Below, piece by piece: positions 61,701 to 64,000 of a stretch of 64,000 bases of DNA. How positions within the stretch are numbered: the first letter of the stretch is position 1; each line of letters starts with the position of its first letter. A model generated the notes under the pieces. It saw only the letters and a list, made by a program, of their open reading frames with translations. It had not been told where the DNA came from and searched no databases. The position numbers and the translations under genes are program-made. Origin of the DNA: Bilabrum cf. latius (lineage: Eukaryota); contig OZ237752.1 in the NCBI GenBank assembly GCA_965178125.1, positions 992,001-1,056,000 on the forward strand. The letters are read 5' to 3'.

Positions 61701-64000
61701 GAGGAGAGCATCCTCCAGGGAGGCCGCCCCCTTGGAGACGCTCGCCAGGATGGCAGCCCGACCGATGGCCTGCTCCTGCTCCTGCTCCTCCTGCTGCTCT
61801 TGCTCAGAGTCAGAGGCTTCCTGACGCCCCCGTGCGACGAGCTGATTGGAATTTGTCCGCTCCACCGCTCTTGGGCCGGTATTGCTGGACACTGGCTCAT
61901 CGGCGGCCGCCAGCGCCGCCAGCGCCCTCGCCCTCCTGGCTGGGGAGAGGAGATCCATGGCGGTGAGACCGGCGGAGGACGAGGGCGAGGACGGGGGGTC
62001 GCGGGCGGAGCGAGCACCCGAGGCCTCCCCAGGGCCCTGCTTTGGACCCCGTTGGTCAAGCGGCATCGGAAGGATCATAGCGAGCTCGCTGGCCAGCGGG
62101 GAGGCGCGGCGGACACGTCTCTAGCCGGACTGCCTGGGACTGCGGGGCCTGGCCCCGGACTCGTGCAAATGACCCCCCGCAGTGCCCAGGCCCGTGCCCA
62201 CGGTAGAGGCACTGCCCCCGCTCATGAGAGCAGCGGCCGCTGCGGCCTGCCGAGCTGCGGGGGTGGGCGCGCGGGGCGAAGGGGGTCGACTGCTGCCTCG
62301 TGGTTGTGGTTCGGGGGCGTCCAGGAGCGCGCCCTAGGATCGCCCTGCCTGATCACCGAGAGCGGGCCCCGCTGGCCTGAGCGCACGCCTCGCATCTCTC
62401 CGGAAGACGTACACGTGCTGCGCACCCCCCAGCGCGATCGAGTCTCCATCCTCCAGCACAACGTCCTCCTTCGCCACGCGCCCGTTCACGCTCACCCAGG
62501 CATCCGCGGCGGGTCTCAAGACGATCGTCCCGCGCTGCACGCGCCTGGCCACTTCGGGAGACAGCTGCGCCGAACCGGCACCACTGGAGGATCCCACGAG
62601 CGGCCCAGGCGCGTGCAGCACGAGGCAGTGTTCCGGCAGCATCCCCGGCCCGCCCAGTCGCACGTCCTGGGCAGCATTCGCCCGCTGGCCCCCCGCCCCT
62701 ATCCTGGTGACTCCGAGCCTGAGAGGGAACATGAGCGCCGCAGTGAGCAAGGGGTCCTCGCTGGCGTTGACGAGGCAGGGCAGGCCCAGGGAGCGGGAGG
62801 CGCGGGCCACTGCCACCGAGGGGGAGTCGCTCTAGGGGGGCAGGCCGAGCGGCGACATCAGGGCGGCCGGTCGGGCTGCTCTCTGGGGAGATGGCAGGGA
62901 GGCCAGTCCAGGCGGCGGGATGGCGTTCTTTCTTTCCGTCTGCGTGCTCTGCATCGGTGCCTCGATCGATGCGTTCCCTCTTGGCGACTGTCCTGCGCCC
63001 GGCATTCCATCTGCCTGCAGGTGCTCTGTGGCCCATCGTCCACCCGCCACCGCGCCCTCCTCCACCTCCGCCCCGTCCGACTGCAGCTGCAGCCCAAGGG
63101 ACGCCAGGGCCTCCCGCCTGCGCCTCCACAGCACCGCCGTCCTGCGCCTCTTGTCCGCCCAGCTCTCCGAGTGACGAGTGAGGGCCTCCTGGTACGCGCA
63201 CAGCCGCTGGAGGAGGGTCCGCAGCGGCAGTTTCTCGCTGGGCGTCCCCTCGTCCCGGCCCCCCGGGATCATGCGGTCGATGCCCCGCCGCCTGGCCTCC
63301 TCCTCCTCCTCCTGGGCTGCCCGCCGCCACATGGGATGCTCAGGGTCCCAGAGCCCCCCGTCCCAGCCGAACTCGCCGCCCAGAGACACGAGAGCCTCTT
63401 GCGCCTGCCGACTCAGCACACCATCGCCATCGCCCTCGCCCTCGTCGCCCTGTTCCTAATCGCCATCGCCGCCACCAGGACTACTGCCTGCAGCATGGGC
63501 CGATTTCGTCCGGCTGTCCTCCCGGCTGTCCTCCCGCTGACCCGTAAGACCCGGGGATACCCGCGGCCCACGGGACGGACTCGCCGGCGCGGAGGCAGAC
63601 TGCGGCTGGGGCAGGGCATCGGCTGGACGAGCGGCGGTTGGAGCACCCCCACCGCCAGCCACGCTGTGTCGGCGAGGCCGCAGGGGAAGACCGGGCGGGG
63701 CCCCTTCCTACAAGCCGCTGCCCTCGTCTGCCTCCGTCTGGCTTGCGGCCCCGGACGTGCTCGAGGGTTGCCTCGACCTGCGTCCCCGGCCCCTCCTCTT
63801 CCTCTCCTGCTGCGCCCGCTGGAGCAGTCGCTTGGCCACGCGCGGAGACCGCAGCCGCACAAGCACTTGCAGCCGGTGCACCTCTGCCTGCAGATCCGCG
63901 GCCAGTCGCCTGGGCTGGTGCTGATTTACAGCCACCCTGGTGGTGACGTGCCTCGCCGAGGAGGCGTACCTCAGCGTGCTCAGGGTGGCGGCGAAGTCCC
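58740..64000 (-). CDS. Kinesin-3 family motor (KIF1/KIF13/KIF16-like), 3' part
   Basis: End of motor TLSTLRYASSAR, neck VAVNQ..RLAADLQAEVHRL, FHA domain PCLVNASEDPLL...TRIG..QDVRLGG....EHC...VSVNG...LEDGDSIALG. About 15 in-frame TAGs; ends TAA 58740-58742. Confidence 0.85.
60093..60199 (-). repeat. Gly-Thr hexamer run (GGCACW)n in the kinesin tail
   Basis: Directly visible. Confidence 0.9.

Noticed and set aside
258-63946. Hundreds of long antisense and alternate-frame ORFs
   Set aside because: Expected shadow ORFs in high-GC coding DNA; no domain signal.
2238-64000. In-frame TAGs as mass pseudogenisation, sequencing error or tiny introns
   Set aside because: Only TAG interrupts the frames, with no frameshifts or TAA. 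Conserved housekeeping genes are affected, and motif spacing across TAG is exact.
2238-64000. UAR=Gln (ciliate-type table 6), UAG=Leu or pyrrolysine
   Set aside because: TAA ends four genes at expected positions and was never seen internally. The conserved TAG columns are Gln.

Overview
This window is a gene-dense, GC-rich, intron-poor eukaryotic (protist-like) nuclear region, not a prokaryotic one. The standard-code ORF track is fragmented because TAG is apparently a sense codon for glutamine, while TAA and TGA remain stops. By hand count, roughly 80 in-frame TAGs join consecutive same-frame ORFs into full-length genes. Several TAGs sit at family-conserved Gln positions (PIG-M NKVFTA[TAG]YF, FANCJ-type SRTHS[TAG]L, ferroportin YSR[TAG]SILFP), and one ends a (CAR)22 polyQ run. 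Every reconstructed gene ends in TGA or TAA. Re-translated with TAG=Q, the window holds ELP2 (3' part), a FANCJ-like Fe-S helicase, OST5/TMEM258, APRT, a probable UGA-selenocysteine membrane selenoprotein with a candidate SECIS, a clan GH-A glycosidase with a trefoil domain, a SET-domain protein, and a repeat-expanded sulfotransferase. It also holds an EF-hand protein, a Sel1-repeat protein, three mosaic DxD glycosyltransferase-like paralogs, ferroportin, an ankyrin protein, a head-to-head PIG-T/PIG-M pair, a type I membrane protein and the 3' part of a kinesin-3. A 3.5-kb block of non-LTR retrotransposon remnants, including a head-to-tail chain of 3' ends, lies between two of the paralogs. 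All family assignments are from motif recognition by eye, with no database search.
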